A stretch of 64,000 nt of DNA from the NCBI RefSeq assembly GCF_009914755.1, contig NC_060942.1; one strand, given 5' to 3'. The stretch comes from the human T2T-CHM13v2.0 reference genome, Homo sapiens. The notes under the pieces are model-generated. The model saw only the letters and a list, made by a program, of their open reading frames with translations, was not told where the DNA came from and did no database searches. The stretch's first letter is position 1. Each line of letters starts with the position of its first letter. The position numbers and the translations under genes were made by a program. Shown here in pieces: positions 63,427-64,000 of the stretch.

Positions 63427-63655
63427 GTAAGAAAATGAAATGAAAAAATCTAAGGTTTTGTAGATGGAAAGAGGACATTCTGGCAAAATTAGACACACAG
63501 CAGGCAACACCAAAAATACAACTGTTATCCTTGTAACTGGGCATGACTCCACCTGTCTTCCAAAGCTGGGAACTGCAGCCCTAGAACTCCCTGCCTGCGC
63601 TGGTCCAGGCTGAGTGCGCCCATGTGCGGGACGAGGAAGGTGCAGGTGAGGCTGC

Positions 63656-64000
63656 CGTCCCCGAAGGGGCGTCACGCCGGCCTCATGTCGTCCTCGAAGG
63701 GGCGTCACGCTGGCCTCATGTTATCCCCGAAGGGGCATCACGCTGGCCTCATGTTATCCCCGAAGGGGCGTCACGCCGGCCTGATGTTATCCTCGAAGGG
63801 GCGTCACGCCGGCCTCATGTCGTCCTCGAAGGGGCGTCACGCCGGCCTGATGTTATCCTCGAAGGGGCGTCACGCCGGCCTCATGTCGTCCTCGAAGGGG
63901 CGTCACGCCGGCCTGATGTTATCCTCGAAGGGGCGTCACGCCGGCCTCATGTCGTCCTCGAAGGGGCGTCACGCCGGCCTGATGTTATCCTCGAAGGGGC
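63656..64000. repeat. CpG-rich minisatellite, >=10 x 33 bp (GAAGGGGCGTCACGCCGGCCTCATGTCGTCCTC), runs off the window end
   Basis: 33-bp period from 63663; A and B variants alternate from ~63762. Confidence 0.96.

Overview
This window is primate (human-like) nuclear DNA, not microbial. It carries AluJ/AluY, THE1 and MLT2 solo LTRs, old L1, L2, MIR and hAT-Charlie MITEs. About 20 GC-rich minisatellites (VNTRs) cover roughly 11-12 kb, a density typical of subtelomeric chromosome bands. I found no protein-coding gene I can recognise. The long ORFs in the track are translations of tandem repeats or decayed L1. The locus looks intronic or intergenic and may contain exons of a spliced plus-strand non-coding transcript (CpG-rich region with a strong donor at 42410; exon-like segment at 63143-63426). 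The most notable items are: (1) an 18-bp perfect inverted repeat extending to a ~71-nt pre-miRNA-like hairpin at 56239-56309; (2) a 16 x 58-bp VNTR carrying 31 TAATCC homeodomain sites, paired 10 bp apart; (3) a twin-primed (5'-inverted) old L1 that hosts a THE1 LTR and gave rise to a 35 x 26-bp VNTR; (4) a head-to-head Alu pair sharing non-consensus substitutions; (5) a 1.9-kb VNTR with homogenised ends, a decayed middle and an internal palindrome. Repeat subfamily names come from recalled consensus sequences, not from a database search. I see no evidence for a new multi-gene system.
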